Origin: a virus
Lineage: Duplodnaviria; Caudoviricetes
Length of the DNA stretch: 54,818 nucleotides
Direction: 5' to 3' (one strand)
Virus record (IMG/VR): IMGVR_UViG_3300046495_000001
Coordinates: 1-54,818 of that record
The first letter of the stretch is position 1. Each line of letters starts with the position of its first letter. The translations under genes were made by a program, and so were the position numbers. The notes below the pieces were generated by a model. That model was not told the origin of the DNA and ran no database searches. It saw only the letters and a list, made by a program, of their open reading frames with translations. Positions 27,097 to 36,901 of the stretch are shown piece after piece.

Positions 27097-28952
27097 TACG
27101 CACTCCGTCCATCGGGGCGAACTTCGATACGCGGGGCACCAAACTGCCACTTGACACCGATGTCTGTGGATTGAATCGTGACATTCATTTGGCGTGCACG
27201 CAGGCGGATACTTAGCTCGTCAGTGAAGCGGATGTTCGGATTGGTCGCGGTCAGCGTAACGGTTTGCGCTGGGGTTGCCACTACCGTACCACCGGGGTTC
27301 TTGCGGCCCTGCACGGTGAGCGCCACGCGGGGGGATGCGGCTGTAGAGCCTGCGAAGTTCACATCGGGAAGGAATTTGCGCACGAACGCGTAGTTCTGAC
27401 CGTCACCAATATCGAAGTCCGCGCTTTTAATATAGGCATTGATGGGTTGTGCGATACCCCCCGAAAGGTCGTCGATACCTACTTCATGCGTAACTAAATT
27501 GCTCAACTGCGTACCTGCCAACGGGCCTGCGGCAAGCGGAGTGTCCAGCCATGCGGTGCGCTGCATTGATCCGTAATACCAAATGGTATCGACGTAGTTG
27601 AAGATGACATAACGGTCAGGGTCGGAGTTACCTGACGCTGAGTAGAACCACCATATCTCGTTGAACCCTTCATTGGTTCCTGCAAAGATGTACTCTGTAC
27701 TGTCTGCTGAAGGATTCAAATTCCCGAAAACTTCGTTGCGCAGTGGGCATGGTAGTGTACGAACCGTACCATCGTAGTAGTAGAACTTATCGTACCCCAT
27801 CCAAAACACGTTACCTCCTGCTGAAACAATTGCACGGGAGTTAATGATTGAGATGTTATCGGACTGACGGCTGAAGCTGAAGATATATGGTGCACCGACA
27901 TACTGCATTAAGTATGCAGCGGTGTCAGTCAGTAGCAGCGTATCTTGGCGTGCATTAGCTGCGGCCACGATCTTGGAGCCTTGGGGTAGTCGATACTCCC
28001 CCGCCTGATTTGTAATTGCGGGTGTCCATTGAACAATACTGTCGGAGTCTGCCCAGCGAACAAGAAGTGGGTCGTAAGTGCTACCTCCTGCCGTGGAGTT
28101 CGTTCCACAGAACACAAGGATGTGCGCCGCAGGCGAGAAGAACATCAGATTTTGCGAGGTCGGTACGCCCGATGCACCGGGCAGCGACGATACCAGTACG
28201 CCTCGATTAAACACGGGTGTAGTCGCACTTGTAGGGTCGTACACATAGGGTGCGCCACCGGTCTGACCGAATATCAGTAGTTGCCCAAAGGTAACTTGTG
28301 ACCAGATGCTATCACTGTATAGCTGCAGTCCTTGACCCCAACCGTATGTAGACCACGCGCCTGCACCCCACCCTGACACTGTAGAGTGCGCGGGTGTCGG
28401 ACTAAGTTGAAAAGCAACGTAGACGTTGCCGCCAGTTGCGGTACTTGAGGCGTGAAGTGCTACCGAAAAGGTGAACGTGTTAGCGTCGATTGTGTTACTG
28501 ACGACAAACTCCCCCGTCAAGTTCGCAGCGGTAAGTCCGCCGACAGAAGATGCTGCACCAGACAAAATAAAGTAGTCCCCGTCAACTGCACCATGTGCGG
28601 GGGCATGCAGAGTTACCAGCGAACTACCTGATGCGGTAGTGAATGCGTTAGCGGCTATCGATTGTGATGCCCGTAAGGGGGTAATGTCACGGTATGCCCC
28701 ACCGTACGCTATGTACATCTTAAGACTGGTACCGACCCCGATAAGGGTGGCGTTACCGAGCGTGCGCCATGCTGAAAGCGTACGGCACGTTCCTAGAAAA
28801 ACGTCGCTGATGTAGTTAATCCAACCCCCGATTTTCTCGGGCAGGCCCATGCGAAAACGGATGTTGTTGCCTTCGTACCAGCCACCCTCGTTAGCGAGTG
28901 CGGTGGTATCGCGGACGATTCCGGGGCGGAACTGAAGTTTTTGATACGGCAT
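27096..28952 (-). CDS. Tail nozzle/stabilisation protein (P22 gp10-like role)
   Basis: NIRFR.GLPEKIGGW, LVRWAD, FWMG..KFY.YDG, FNEIWWFY, beta-propeller-like composition. Confidence 0.75.
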   Translation of the reverse strand: MPYQKLQFRPGIVRDTTALANEGGWYEGNNIRFRMGLPEKIGGWINYISDVFLGTCRTLSAWRTLGNATLIGVGTSLKMYIAYGGAYRDITPLRASQSIAANAFTTASGSSLVTLHAPAHGAVDGDYFILSGAASSVGGLTAANLTGEFVVSNTIDANTFTFSVALHASSTATGGNVYVAFQLSPTPAHSTVSGWGAGAWSTYGWGQGLQLYSDSIWSQVTFGQLLIFGQTGGAPYVYDPTSATTPVFNRGVLVSSLPGASGVPTSQNLMFFSPAAHILVFCGTNSTAGGSTYDPLLVRWADSDSIVQWTPAITNQAGEYRLPQGSKIVAAANARQDTLLLTDTAAYLMQYVGAPYIFSFSRQSDNISIINSRAIVSAGGNVFWMGYDKFYYYDGTVRTLPCPLRNEVFGNLNPSADSTEYIFAGTNEGFNEIWWFYSASGNSDPDRYVIFNYVDTIWYYGSMQRTAWLDTPLAAGPLAGTQLSNLVTHEVGIDDLSGGIAQPINAYIKSADFDIGDGQNYAFVRKFLPDVNFAGSTAASPRVALTVQGRKNPGGTVVATPAQTVTLTATNPNIRFTDELSIRLRARQMNVTIQSTDIGVKWQFGAPRIEVRPDGRSA

Positions 28953-28960
28953 GGCGCATT

Positions 28961-29434
28961 CTACTTGGGCCAAGCGTTTTGGTACATCAGGGAGTCGTCA
29001 GCGTGGCCTTGAGCTTCGCGTCCCAACTCTTGATATTTGTCTCGACAGTCTGCGAATACGGCTGCGAGGGCTGCGGTGTATTTGCGATTGGCTTCGACGT
29101 TATCACCACTGGATCGGGCAAGGATGGTTTGGATGGTGGACTGGAGCACCCTACCAGAAGCAGCGGCACTAGCAGCGGCAGCGTTAGCAGACTGAACATT
29201 CTTGGCGGCTTGTGCGACTGCATCGTCTTTCTCCTTCTGTAATTGAATCTCGCGCAGGCGCTGCGCGTCTTTTGCTACTTCGTTGGCTTTATCCCATTGA
29301 GCTTGGATTCGTGCTTCACCCACTCCCTGTTGGAATGCGTTATAGCGATGTACGCCAAAAGCACAAAGAGCAACCAGTAAGCCGATAGCCACAATATCAA
29401 CCACATATTTATACGGCCCGAGTAGGTTGAGCAT
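28961..29434 (-). CDS. Rz-like inner-membrane spanin
   Basis: N-terminal transmembrane segment then coiled coil. Contains a nested lipoprotein ORF. Confidence 0.8.
   Translation of the reverse strand: MLNLLGPYKYVVDIVAIGLLVALCAFGVHRYNAFQQGVGEARIQAQWDKANEVAKDAQRLREIQLQKEKDDAVAQAAKNVQSANAAAASAAASGRVLQSTIQTILARSSGDNVEANRKYTAALAAVFADCRDKYQELGREAQGHADDSLMYQNAWPK
28987..29199 (-). CDS. Rz1-like outer-membrane lipoprotein spanin, embedded in Rz
   Basis: MFSLLTLPLLVPLLLVG|C lipobox, Pro-rich mature part, alternative frame within Rz. Confidence 0.8.
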   Translation of the reverse strand: MFSLLTLPLLVPLLLVGCSSPPSKPSLPDPVVITSKPIANTPQPSQPYSQTVETNIKSWDAKLKATLTTP

Positions 29435-29687
29435 TTGGCGTCTCCTTTTCGATTTTCTGTTGATTCTGATTCTGCTGGGCTTTGACTACCTCATGCACAA
29501 CAAGCGCACCAACCAGAACAGCCGTCATTGTCTCGTAGTTCTCCGCGCGAACGTACTTTACATAAGCACCCGACGCCAGCAGCTTGCAGACATTCGACCA
29601 AAACGCCGTTTCACGTAGCCGCCCTGTCTGGTGGTTTGTCACCAGATCAATGATGTGCCAGACACGTTTACGGCGTTCTTCCGTCAT
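29409..29687 (-). CDS. Holin-like membrane protein
   Basis: One or two hydrophobic segments, located between endolysin and spanins. Confidence 0.45.
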   Translation of the reverse strand: MTEERRKRVWHIIDLVTNHQTGRLRETAFWSNVCKLLASGAYVKYVRAENYETMTAVLVGALVVHEVVKAQQNQNQQKIEKETPNAQPTRAV

Positions 29688-29896
29688 AACTCACCCCATC
29701 CTGTATCGATGACCGTGTGCTCCATGTAGGACTGCCACATGATGCGCAGGCTTATCTTGCAGCCTTGGGCTTCCAGCGGCCGCCCCTTGGCTATGTACTG
29801 TTCCATTTTGTCACGCACCATGCACAGCGCCACTGTTTGGCTCTTGAGCAATGATGGGTGGAACGGGTTGATCTCATCAATGTCAATGCCGTTCAT
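29684..29896 (-). CDS. Hypothetical protein in the lysis cassette
   Basis: Start and stop overlap both neighbouring genes. Confidence 0.55.
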   Translation of the reverse strand: MNGIDIDEINPFHPSLLKSQTVALCMVRDKMEQYIAKGRPLEAQGCKISLRIMWQSYMEHTVIDTGWGEL

Positions 29897-30297
29897 TACA
29901 CGTACTCAATGGTTACCGTTTCACCCGCGTCGATGGCATCCCGTATTTTGGGGAAGAGCGCATCGAATGCGAGTCTTGATCGGGCGATGGAATTGTCTGA
30001 TCGCTCATGTCCCACAAGTAAACAGCCCTCTGTATCGGCGGCGGTGTTTCCGGGGTGTATGCGTACGCCCTCAAAATTAGGTACACCACCAAGCAAAGGC
30101 AGATCACGGTCAAAATGAGGACTATGAGTAACGGTGACATCGTAGACTCCATACGGAATTGCTGTTTTGCCAAACACTTTTTCGCCGTCAAGACGCACTT
30201 CGTCTTCCAGCGTGAAGCACTCGAACTCGTCATTGATGTACAGCTTACCCAGCGTGCAGCCTTCTTTCAGACCATCACGTACAACTTTGAGTTTCAT
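29896..30297 (-). CDS. DUF5675-family protein, probable endolysin
   Basis: TLGKL...CFTLED...AIPYGVY...VPNFEGVRIHPGNT..DTEGCLLVG, located in the lysis cassette. Confidence 0.8.
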   Translation of the reverse strand: MKLKVVRDGLKEGCTLGKLYINDEFECFTLEDEVRLDGEKVFGKTAIPYGVYDVTVTHSPHFDRDLPLLGGVPNFEGVRIHPGNTAADTEGCLLVGHERSDNSIARSRLAFDALFPKIRDAIDAGETVTIEYV

Positions 30298-30698
30298 TAG
30301 TGCGGCCCCTGTAAAAACTTGTTCCACGCAGCGACGACCAAGAAACTGAGTACACCCAGCCCCGCCCATTTCGCCACTGCCAAACGCATCTCATGCCAGA
30401 ACTTTGCCCGTTCCTCGGCCTGCTGAATGACTAACTCATGATGGCGGCGGTGCCCATCCGGGTCGCCTTCTGGAAACGCTTCAGCCATCAGCTTGGTGAT
30501 TGCCTTGGCAAGCTCATCCGTTTCCTCTGTCATGTGTTTGGTCAGCTTGCGGTCAAGCTCCTTCTGGCTTTCGTGCACCTTCTGTACCAACGCCAGCAGC
30601 ACCGGCATCGGGCTATCTTTGCGTCGGTCATTGAACTGGGAAACTAGCGGTGTGAAGCCGCTACCGCCTTCCTCTTGGTGAAAATTATGCATAGTCAT
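30297..30698 (-). CDS. Membrane protein with C-terminal TM helix (holin/antiholin candidate)
   Basis: DRR motif, coiled coil, WAGLGVLSFLVVAAW. Confidence 0.55.
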   Translation of the reverse strand: MTMHNFHQEEGGSGFTPLVSQFNDRRKDSPMPVLLALVQKVHESQKELDRKLTKHMTEETDELAKAITKLMAEAFPEGDPDGHRRHHELVIQQAEERAKFWHEMRLAVAKWAGLGVLSFLVVAAWNKFLQGPH

Positions 30699-30738
30699 GA
30701 TCGCACATTAGGATGTCGTATTTTCACACAGATTTGAT

Positions 30739-31080
30739 CTAAGGCAATATCAAAAGATTATGCGCGGCAACAGCACAAGTACCGATGTTAACCCCTCCAA
30801 CAAACGCTTTAGGCGTCTCTTGTTGTTTGAGCACCCAGTAGAAACCACCCATCAGCAAAATGATCGGGCCCCAGCCTGCGGACTGAATCCAGTGCGCCAT
30901 GATCGGGTTGGTTTCGGTCATTCCGTGCCCCAGCGCGTAGGCCGTCGTACCGATGTCCACTGCTTTGCAAACGGCAAAGGTATCCGGTGACGTGACAACC
31001 TCTTCCAGCGTAGGTGCAGCGTATGCGGAACAGGATATAAAAAAGGCCGCTATTGCGACCTTCCAGTTAAGTTGTTTCAT
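30739..31080 (-). CDS. Hypothetical exported/membrane protein
   Basis: Signal-peptide-like N-terminus, D..TT...E.NP motif, hydrophobic helices. Confidence 0.6.
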   Translation of the reverse strand: MKQLNWKVAIAAFFISCSAYAAPTLEEVVTSPDTFAVCKAVDIGTTAYALGHGMTETNPIMAHWIQSAGWGPIILLMGGFYWVLKQQETPKAFVGGVNIGTCAVAAHNLLILP

Positions 31081-31258
31081 CCGGTTTCTCCTTCGCGCCT
31101 TCTACGATGCCCTTTAGCAGTTCGATCTGGGCTTGCAAGTCTTTATTGACTGCCTCCAGTGCGGCGAGGTCGCCCGCCAAGTTGACGCACGTGTTGAGCG
31201 CGTTGTCGCGCTGCTGGACAAGCATGTTGATTTGGGCTGCGATTTGAGTTTCGTTCAT
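31067..31258 (-). CDS. Small coiled-coil protein (possible fibre chaperone)
   Basis: L.QQRD.ALN, directly after the fibre gene. Confidence 0.55.
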   Translation of the reverse strand: MNETQIAAQINMLVQQRDNALNTCVNLAGDLAALEAVNKDLQAQIELLKGIVEGAKEKPDETT

Positions 31259-31271
31259 GGTCTTCCTTTGT

Positions 31272-33110
31272 TTACCAGTAGGGAATATAGTGGAGTGTGC
31301 CGCCAATCTTAACTGTCAACCAGCCTTGAATGGCAGTATTTGCACCTGTCGGGCCTACACTCGACATCGCTGTTGCAACCGCGCCATTGGCCGTAGACGA
31401 ATTGACAAAGTTGACGCGGCCTGCGGTGCCCGTTCCTGTGCCGGGGGTGAGCGTGATGTCGCCGCCGACGCCCGTCGTACCCGAAGCATTACCGCCGTTG
31501 ATCGAAACGATACCGCCTGCACCGTTACCTGTGGTGCCTGCTCCTGCACCCCCGCTGAGTGACAGGTTACCGCCTACGGCAATAGTAGCGCTACTGAACG
31601 CTGCACTTCCTGCGATAGTGACCGCAGCACCGGGTTGACCCGCACCTGTAGTGGTACCACCGGTTATGGTTACCGCACCTGCTGTCGCTGTAGATACGGT
31701 GGAGCATGTACCCCCTTTAATGATGACTGCGCCCCCACTGAGGGTTCCACCGGCATTAGCGGTGTTAGCACCGCCAGTTATGTTAACCGCGCCCGATACA
31801 GCCCCGCTGGAGCCACCCGTAATGTTTACAGCGGCTCCACCTGCCGTACCCAACCCTGCGCCACCCGCCAACGACACTGCACCCGGTGTAGTAGACCCAC
31901 TGCCGCCCGTTATAGTCACCGCGCCCGCCGTCGATCCTGCACCGCCTGCAGTGATCACAACATTACCACCTGTAGTATTGCCCGATGCGGCGACGGCGGT
32001 AATGTTAACGTTTCCGCCACCTGTAGCTCCCGTACCCGGTGGGCCACCTACGAGGCTCACGCTGCCGCCGTTAGAAGCTGAACCCCCGATAGCGCACCCA
32101 CTCCCGCCTGTAATAGTGACGTCACCGCCCGGAAGCGTACCGGGGTTGGTTCCGATAATACCTGCTGCGGGGCCACCCTTGATATTTACTGCCCCGCCAC
32201 CACCCGATACACCGGAATAATCTGTACCGATACCGCCAGTGATATTAACTGCACCTCCATTACTGGCGGCACCTGAATCATCCGATTCGCCGCCTTTAAT
32301 ATCTAATGTAGGGCCGACACCAACGGTGGAGTAACCGGCAATAATTGTTACACCCGAGTATGGCCCTACGCCGGTGCCGCCCGTGAGGGTGACAGTTCCT
32401 CCGGGGCCAGAACCGCCGCCGCCACCCTGTATATTGACTGCGCCGCCGAGAGAGGCGGGGTTGGTAGATGTTGTAGTACCCCCAAACACATTTACCGCAC
32501 CCGCGCTAGACGTCCCCGCAGTGGCTAACGCATTCCCCCCAATAATAAGTACGGAGCCGCCTGCTGCAGAGCTAGAGCTACCTGACCGTACAGAAATGTT
32601 GCCTGCCGCGCCAGAAGTAGTCCCGCCAGTACCCGCAGTCACATCTACATTACCGCCCGCAGAGGTTGCAGTAAGTGCGTTCAATCCTTGCACGTTCGCT
32701 ACAGCATTGATGCAATTGGTTCCGTCGCTGTAGACGTACGCGGTTTCGCCTGTGTTGATAGTTATGCCTTTACCGGCAGCCGTTGTATTACCTGCAACGG
32801 TACTGTTGAAGAGTGTCAGTGCCCCCGTACAGTTGTTCGAGATGATGTATGTTTTTGTTACTGGGGGGATGTAGATACTAGGCGTGAACGATCCGGTGAA
32901 ATTAAGTATCGCCATGCGGGCCTGATCCGTAGCACCGTTGGCAATAGTCAATGCTTGACTAGCCGATGTTACCGTCACTGACGTACGCCCTGAGATAGCA
33001 CCTTCGATCAATGTACCGAGATTTGTGTTGGTGGTAGCCCCCCACGTGCCTGACTGATCGCCGTTCGCCATCAACTCAAAGCGTAGGTTGGATGAATAGG
33101 TACTTGCCAT
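31272..33110 (-). CDS. Tail fibre-like protein with Gly-rich repeats
   Basis: N-terminal MASTYS...GDQSGTWG.TTNTN anchor, many GGxVxIxGG repeats, C-terminal YIPYW. Confidence 0.75.
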   Translation of the reverse strand: MASTYSSNLRFELMANGDQSGTWGATTNTNLGTLIEGAISGRTSVTVTSASQALTIANGATDQARMAILNFTGSFTPSIYIPPVTKTYIISNNCTGALTLFNSTVAGNTTAAGKGITINTGETAYVYSDGTNCINAVANVQGLNALTATSAGGNVDVTAGTGGTTSGAAGNISVRSGSSSSAAGGSVLIIGGNALATAGTSSAGAVNVFGGTTTSTNPASLGGAVNIQGGGGGSGPGGTVTLTGGTGVGPYSGVTIIAGYSTVGVGPTLDIKGGESDDSGAASNGGAVNITGGIGTDYSGVSGGGGAVNIKGGPAAGIIGTNPGTLPGGDVTITGGSGCAIGGSASNGGSVSLVGGPPGTGATGGGNVNITAVAASGNTTGGNVVITAGGAGSTAGAVTITGGSGSTTPGAVSLAGGAGLGTAGGAAVNITGGSSGAVSGAVNITGGANTANAGGTLSGGAVIIKGGTCSTVSTATAGAVTITGGTTTGAGQPGAAVTIAGSAAFSSATIAVGGNLSLSGGAGAGTTGNGAGGIVSINGGNASGTTGVGGDITLTPGTGTGTAGRVNFVNSSTANGAVATAMSSVGPTGANTAIQGWLTVKIGGTLHYIPYW

Positions 33111-33124
33111 GATGCTTCCTTAAA

Positions 33125-35725
33125 TCAATTAGCCTCGGCCGTTTCACGCGCGTCCCACGAGCCTGTGGGCGGTGTTGTTGCGGCAGTCCATGAACCTGCA
33201 GACGGCTGACTGGCAGATGTCCAGCCCCCATTGTAAGGTGATTGTGCAGGAATCCAAACACCTGTTGGTGACGGCATTGCCGTGACCCAAACCCCGGCTG
33301 CAGTCTGCACCAAGGGAACCCACGCATCCACTGCACCGGTAGACATCCCGATCCAGACCGAATTGCCGGGGCCGCTCGCCAACGCCCAGTTGCCGGTGTT
33401 CGGTGGTATGACCGGCGTCCAGTTGCCTGTGTTCGGTGGAGGTGGATCGACCCATCCACCATCTGCGCCACCCGCGATTGGGTGCCAGTTATCACCAAGC
33501 CCGACGATGGGGCTTGCGTTGGATACCAACAAACTGCTGCCCAGCAGTACGGAGCAGTCAAAGCCGGTATAGATCGATCCCGCAAAAGCCGTCGCCAGTG
33601 CCCCACTAAGCGTTACCGTACCATTCTTCGAGAAGCTAATAACTCCGACAGCGGTAGTTACCGTTATACCCGTGAGGCTGGTTACACCGGCCCCCGTGGC
33701 TGTGGGTGCGCCTGCACTTGCGGTTGTTGTAGCGCCAGTTAGCGCTGCTGAAGCATTACCCGTGGCGGAAGCAGTTATGGTTCCTGCCGACGCTGTCGTG
33801 GAAGCGCCTGTAAGCGTTGTGGTTGCAGTTCCTGTACCTGTCGGCGCGCTGGCCGAAGCGGTAGCCGCTACCCCCGTGAGTATGACTGCACCTGTACCGG
33901 TAGCGGATGCCGTTATTGTCCCTGCCGAAGCCGTCGTAGGTGCACCCGTAAACGTGACATTGGCTGTACCCGTTACTGTCGGCGCGTTGGCTGCAGTTGT
34001 CGCTGATGCACCCGCCAACGCGGCCGAAGCCCCGCCTGTGGCTGTTACGATGCCAACAGAAGTTGTTGCGTTAGTACCGACAAGCGTTGTAGTCGCACCG
34101 CCAGAAGCTGTCAGCGTACCTGCGGTGGCTGTGGACGTGGCCCCCACAAGTGTTACTGCGACACTTACCGTTGCAGTGATTGCCCCAGCGCTTGCGCTTG
34201 CTGCCGGGTCTGACGTGCCCCAACTGCCGCCGCCCCAACCACCTACCCCCCATCCGCCATTGGTTATTGTCAGCAGCACCGACGAGCTAATAACGAACCC
34301 GAAGGTTCCTGCACTGCTGACGGTTTGTGCGCCACCTAGATTTATCTGCCCTGCACTGGCCCCTGTAGCCGTTACGATGCCTGCCGTTGCCGTTGTTGCC
34401 GCACCCGTGAGGGTTAGGTTGGCCGTGCCCGTGAAGGTGAACGCACCAGCCGCAGACGTTGTGGATGCACCGGTAAGCGTTGTCGTGGCATTGACCAGCG
34501 CCGTGATCGTCCCAGCGGAAGCAGTTGTGGCCGCACCCGTGAGGGCCGTAATACCCGCACCCGTGGCCGTGATCGTCCCAGCCGAAGCAGTTGTAGCTGC
34601 GCCCGTGAGGGTCGTAATCCCTGTACCCGAAGCGATGATCGTCCCTGCAGATGCAGTTGTGGCTGCACCCGTGAGGGTCGTACTACCCGCACCCGTGGAC
34701 GTGATCGTCCCTACAGATGTCGTGGCAGATGCACCCGTGAGGGTCTTGATACCGTCACCCTTGGCTGTGAGCGTCCCGGCTGAAGTAGTTGCGGCTGCAC
34801 CTGCAAGGGTCGTGCTTGCGTTGACTAACGCAGTTATTGTTCCTGCAGATGCACTCGCCGTTGCGCCTACACCCCCACCCCAGCCACCACTTCCCCAGCC
34901 GCCATCGCTCCATGCACCGCTCAGCGCGAACGCGTCTGTACGCCCCGCAATCGATCCTGCTGAAGCGACCGTACTGGCTCCAGTAAGCGTAGTCGTCGCA
35001 TTAACGAACGCCGTAATGGTTCCCGCTGTTGACGTTGCCGCCGCACCGGTAAAGGTCTTAACCCCGTCACCTTTGGCAACCAAGGTTCCCGCCGCGCTCG
35101 TTGTGGCCGTACCTGTCAGCGTTGTGTTTGCCGCTCCCGCAGCCGCAAGGGCACTCGCAGCCGATGTCGTACTAGCCCCGGCAAGCGTAGTTGCTGCATT
35201 AACCAGCGCCGTTATCGTCCCGGCTGAAGCAGTTGTAGCTGCACCGGTAAGTGTCTTGACGCCATCGCCCTTAGCGACTAACGTGCCTGCGGAAGATGTA
35301 GCCGCCGCACTTGTGAGTGTCAACGAGACACTGGCGGAAGCAGTGATCGTCCCGGCTGAAGCAGTTGTACCTACGCCCGTGAGGGTCGTAACCCCGTCAC
35401 CCTTGGTGGTGATCGTCCCGGCTGCGGATGTAGCTGCCGCACCCGTTAGGGTCGTGCTTGCGTTGACAAGGGCTGTTATAGCACTCGCGGAAGATGTAGC
35501 CGCCGCACCTGCAAGCGTTGTGGCGGCGGTACCCGTATTAAAACTGAGTGTCGTGGCTAAAGCCGTGACGTTTATACCGATGACGTTTATCGCGCCTGTA
35601 CCCGTTCCGGTAGGCCGACTAGCTGCAGAAGTTGTAGCTGCGCCCGTGAGGGTGACTGCCACGTCACCGCTTACACCGCCCCATCCACCGGAGCCATACC
35701 CGCCCGCACTCCATGCGGTAGCCAC
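33125..35725 (-). CDS. Thr/Ala/Gly-rich 22-aa repeat fibre-like protein
   Basis: Tandem TTLTGAATTASAGTITA units, three GGWG clusters, C-terminal 11-aa Trp repeats. Confidence 0.75.
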   Translation of the reverse strand: MATAWSAGGYGSGGWGGVSGDVAVTLTGAATTSAASRPTGTGTGAINVIGINVTALATTLSFNTGTAATTLAGAAATSSASAITALVNASTTLTGAAATSAAGTITTKGDGVTTLTGVGTTASAGTITASASVSLTLTSAAATSSAGTLVAKGDGVKTLTGAATTASAGTITALVNAATTLAGASTTSAASALAAAGAANTTLTGTATTSAAGTLVAKGDGVKTFTGAAATSTAGTITAFVNATTTLTGASTVASAGSIAGRTDAFALSGAWSDGGWGSGGWGGGVGATASASAGTITALVNASTTLAGAAATTSAGTLTAKGDGIKTLTGASATTSVGTITSTGAGSTTLTGAATTASAGTIIASGTGITTLTGAATTASAGTITATGAGITALTGAATTASAGTITALVNATTTLTGASTTSAAGAFTFTGTANLTLTGAATTATAGIVTATGASAGQINLGGAQTVSSAGTFGFVISSSVLLTITNGGWGVGGWGGGSWGTSDPAASASAGAITATVSVAVTLVGATSTATAGTLTASGGATTTLVGTNATTSVGIVTATGGASAALAGASATTAANAPTVTGTANVTFTGAPTTASAGTITASATGTGAVILTGVAATASASAPTGTGTATTTLTGASTTASAGTITASATGNASAALTGATTTASAGAPTATGAGVTSLTGITVTTAVGVISFSKNGTVTLSGALATAFAGSIYTGFDCSVLLGSSLLVSNASPIVGLGDNWHPIAGGADGGWVDPPPPNTGNWTPVIPPNTGNWALASGPGNSVWIGMSTGAVDAWVPLVQTAAGVWVTAMPSPTGVWIPAQSPYNGGWTSASQPSAGSWTAATTPPTGSWDARETAEAN

Positions 35726-35728
35726 GGT

Positions 35729-36007
35729 TTAGTCCTTCAGCAGTGCGACAAGCTCAGAGTGCCCTGCGTTGTTGAGCTTCCATGCAAGCGTCAGTCGCTC
35801 GGTCTTCATGGCCTGCTTGATGGTATCGACTAATACTGCCTGTATATGCGTCTTAAACGCTTGGGCTTGATCCCTAATAACCGGGTGACTCTGGTCGCCC
35901 ACGTAGATGATCTTGTTGACGGCTTGGGCCGCGAGTTCTTCCGCGCTGTAGCCGCGCTCTTTAACCTGCGAAAAAAGGAGGCTGCCCAAGTCAAAATTGT
36001 CGTCCAT
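35729..36007 (-). CDS. Conserved hypothetical protein
   Basis: RGYSAEELA...KIIYVGD.SHPVIRDQAQAFK, in operon context. Confidence 0.7.
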   Translation of the reverse strand: MDDNFDLGSLLFSQVKERGYSAEELAAQAVNKIIYVGDQSHPVIRDQAQAFKTHIQAVLVDTIKQAMKTERLTLAWKLNNAGHSELVALLKD

Positions 36008-36010
36008 TGC

Positions 36011-36634
36011 TTATCCCCGTGTGCGGTAGGCATCAAGGCTGGCCTTCTTGTCACCGAATTTGATAACTTCGTTGAGCGCTTCTGTGTACTTGTTCTCGTA
36101 CATCGCCACAACGTCCGGTTCTTCTTTCAGGTAGATCGCCGCATCGCGCATTGAGCCATACAGCAGCGCAAACTCGAAGTTGGTGCTCAGCCATGTGGTC
36201 GTCAGTGTCGCGGTTAGGCTCGGCGGGTAGCTGCTGTAACGAAGCTCCAATGGGTACGCCTGATCTGGTGTAGGGGCTAGCTTCAGTGTCTTGTTGTCAT
36301 AGACGTTGTACAGCCGGGGCTTGCCCTGTGTACTCGGGTTGGGGAACGCTGTGCGCATGTATTCCTCTTCCTTGTTATCAAGGTAGCTGTATGCACCCCC
36401 GACAGTGACGGCCATGCTGTCCACAGAGATGTAACCACTGATCGATGTCGTGTCGATGGTGTTCGTACCCGGCACCAGTGTCAGCGTCGTGGAGCTTTGC
36501 TCGACAGGCAGGCTGGCTTCCATGATGATGCGGTGCTCCGTCATCACGATGAACTGGTCGATGTGGCTGACAAAGGATGGCTCCGTGTTGGTTGCGAAGT
36601 CTTGGATAGCCTGTTTAAGTTCGTTGTATGTCAT
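36011..36634 (-). CDS. Head-tail adaptor / tail tubular protein
   Basis: MTYNELKQAIQD, G.P..Y, LAPTPD..Y..EL.Y, TWLS....ALLYG. Confidence 0.75.
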   Translation of the reverse strand: MTYNELKQAIQDFATNTEPSFVSHIDQFIVMTEHRIIMEASLPVEQSSTTLTLVPGTNTIDTTSISGYISVDSMAVTVGGAYSYLDNKEEEYMRTAFPNPSTQGKPRLYNVYDNKTLKLAPTPDQAYPLELRYSSYPPSLTATLTTTWLSTNFEFALLYGSMRDAAIYLKEEPDVVAMYENKYTEALNEVIKFGDKKASLDAYRTRG

Positions 36635-36637
36635 GAT

Positions 36638-36901
36638 TTACCCTATGGTTGGGGGCACGTAGGGCGGCACAGGTGCTTCCGGTATGTCTGGCCGTGGCAT
36701 GCGCAGCGCCTGCGGATCATAGATCGGCTTCATGCCTTGGAAGTTCTGCGGATGATCTGGGTCGTAGCAAGAGTCACAGACGCGTTGATTCATCTTGATG
36801 CCGCGCACAGACTCAGCTTTCAAGGTATTGAGCAGGAAGCGAAACCCACACCGGTCGCATATGCCTAGTGAACGCGTGCCGCGTGCGTACGCGATGGTCA
36901 T
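36638..36901 (-). CDS. Small Zn-ribbon protein
   Basis: CDRCG...VCDSCYDPDHPQ...DPQALR.PRPD. Confidence 0.7.
   Translation of the reverse strand: MTIAYARGTRSLGICDRCGFRFLLNTLKAESVRGIKMNQRVCDSCYDPDHPQNFQGMKPIYDPQALRMPRPDIPEAPVPPYVPPTIG

Noticed and set aside
28961-29434. Nested overlapping genes in the lysis cassette as a novelty
   Set aside because: This is the standard embedded Rz/Rz1 arrangement.
33500-35700. 66-nt periodic repeats as a CRISPR array or DGR template/variable pair
   Set aside because: They are degenerate in-frame coding repeats with no unique spacers, no adenine-specific variation and no reverse transcriptase.
33672-35732. 686-aa Val/Pro/Ala antisense ORF (also 38185-39096)
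   Set aside because: Mirror of the Thr/Ala/Gly repeats, whose reverse complement rarely yields stops.
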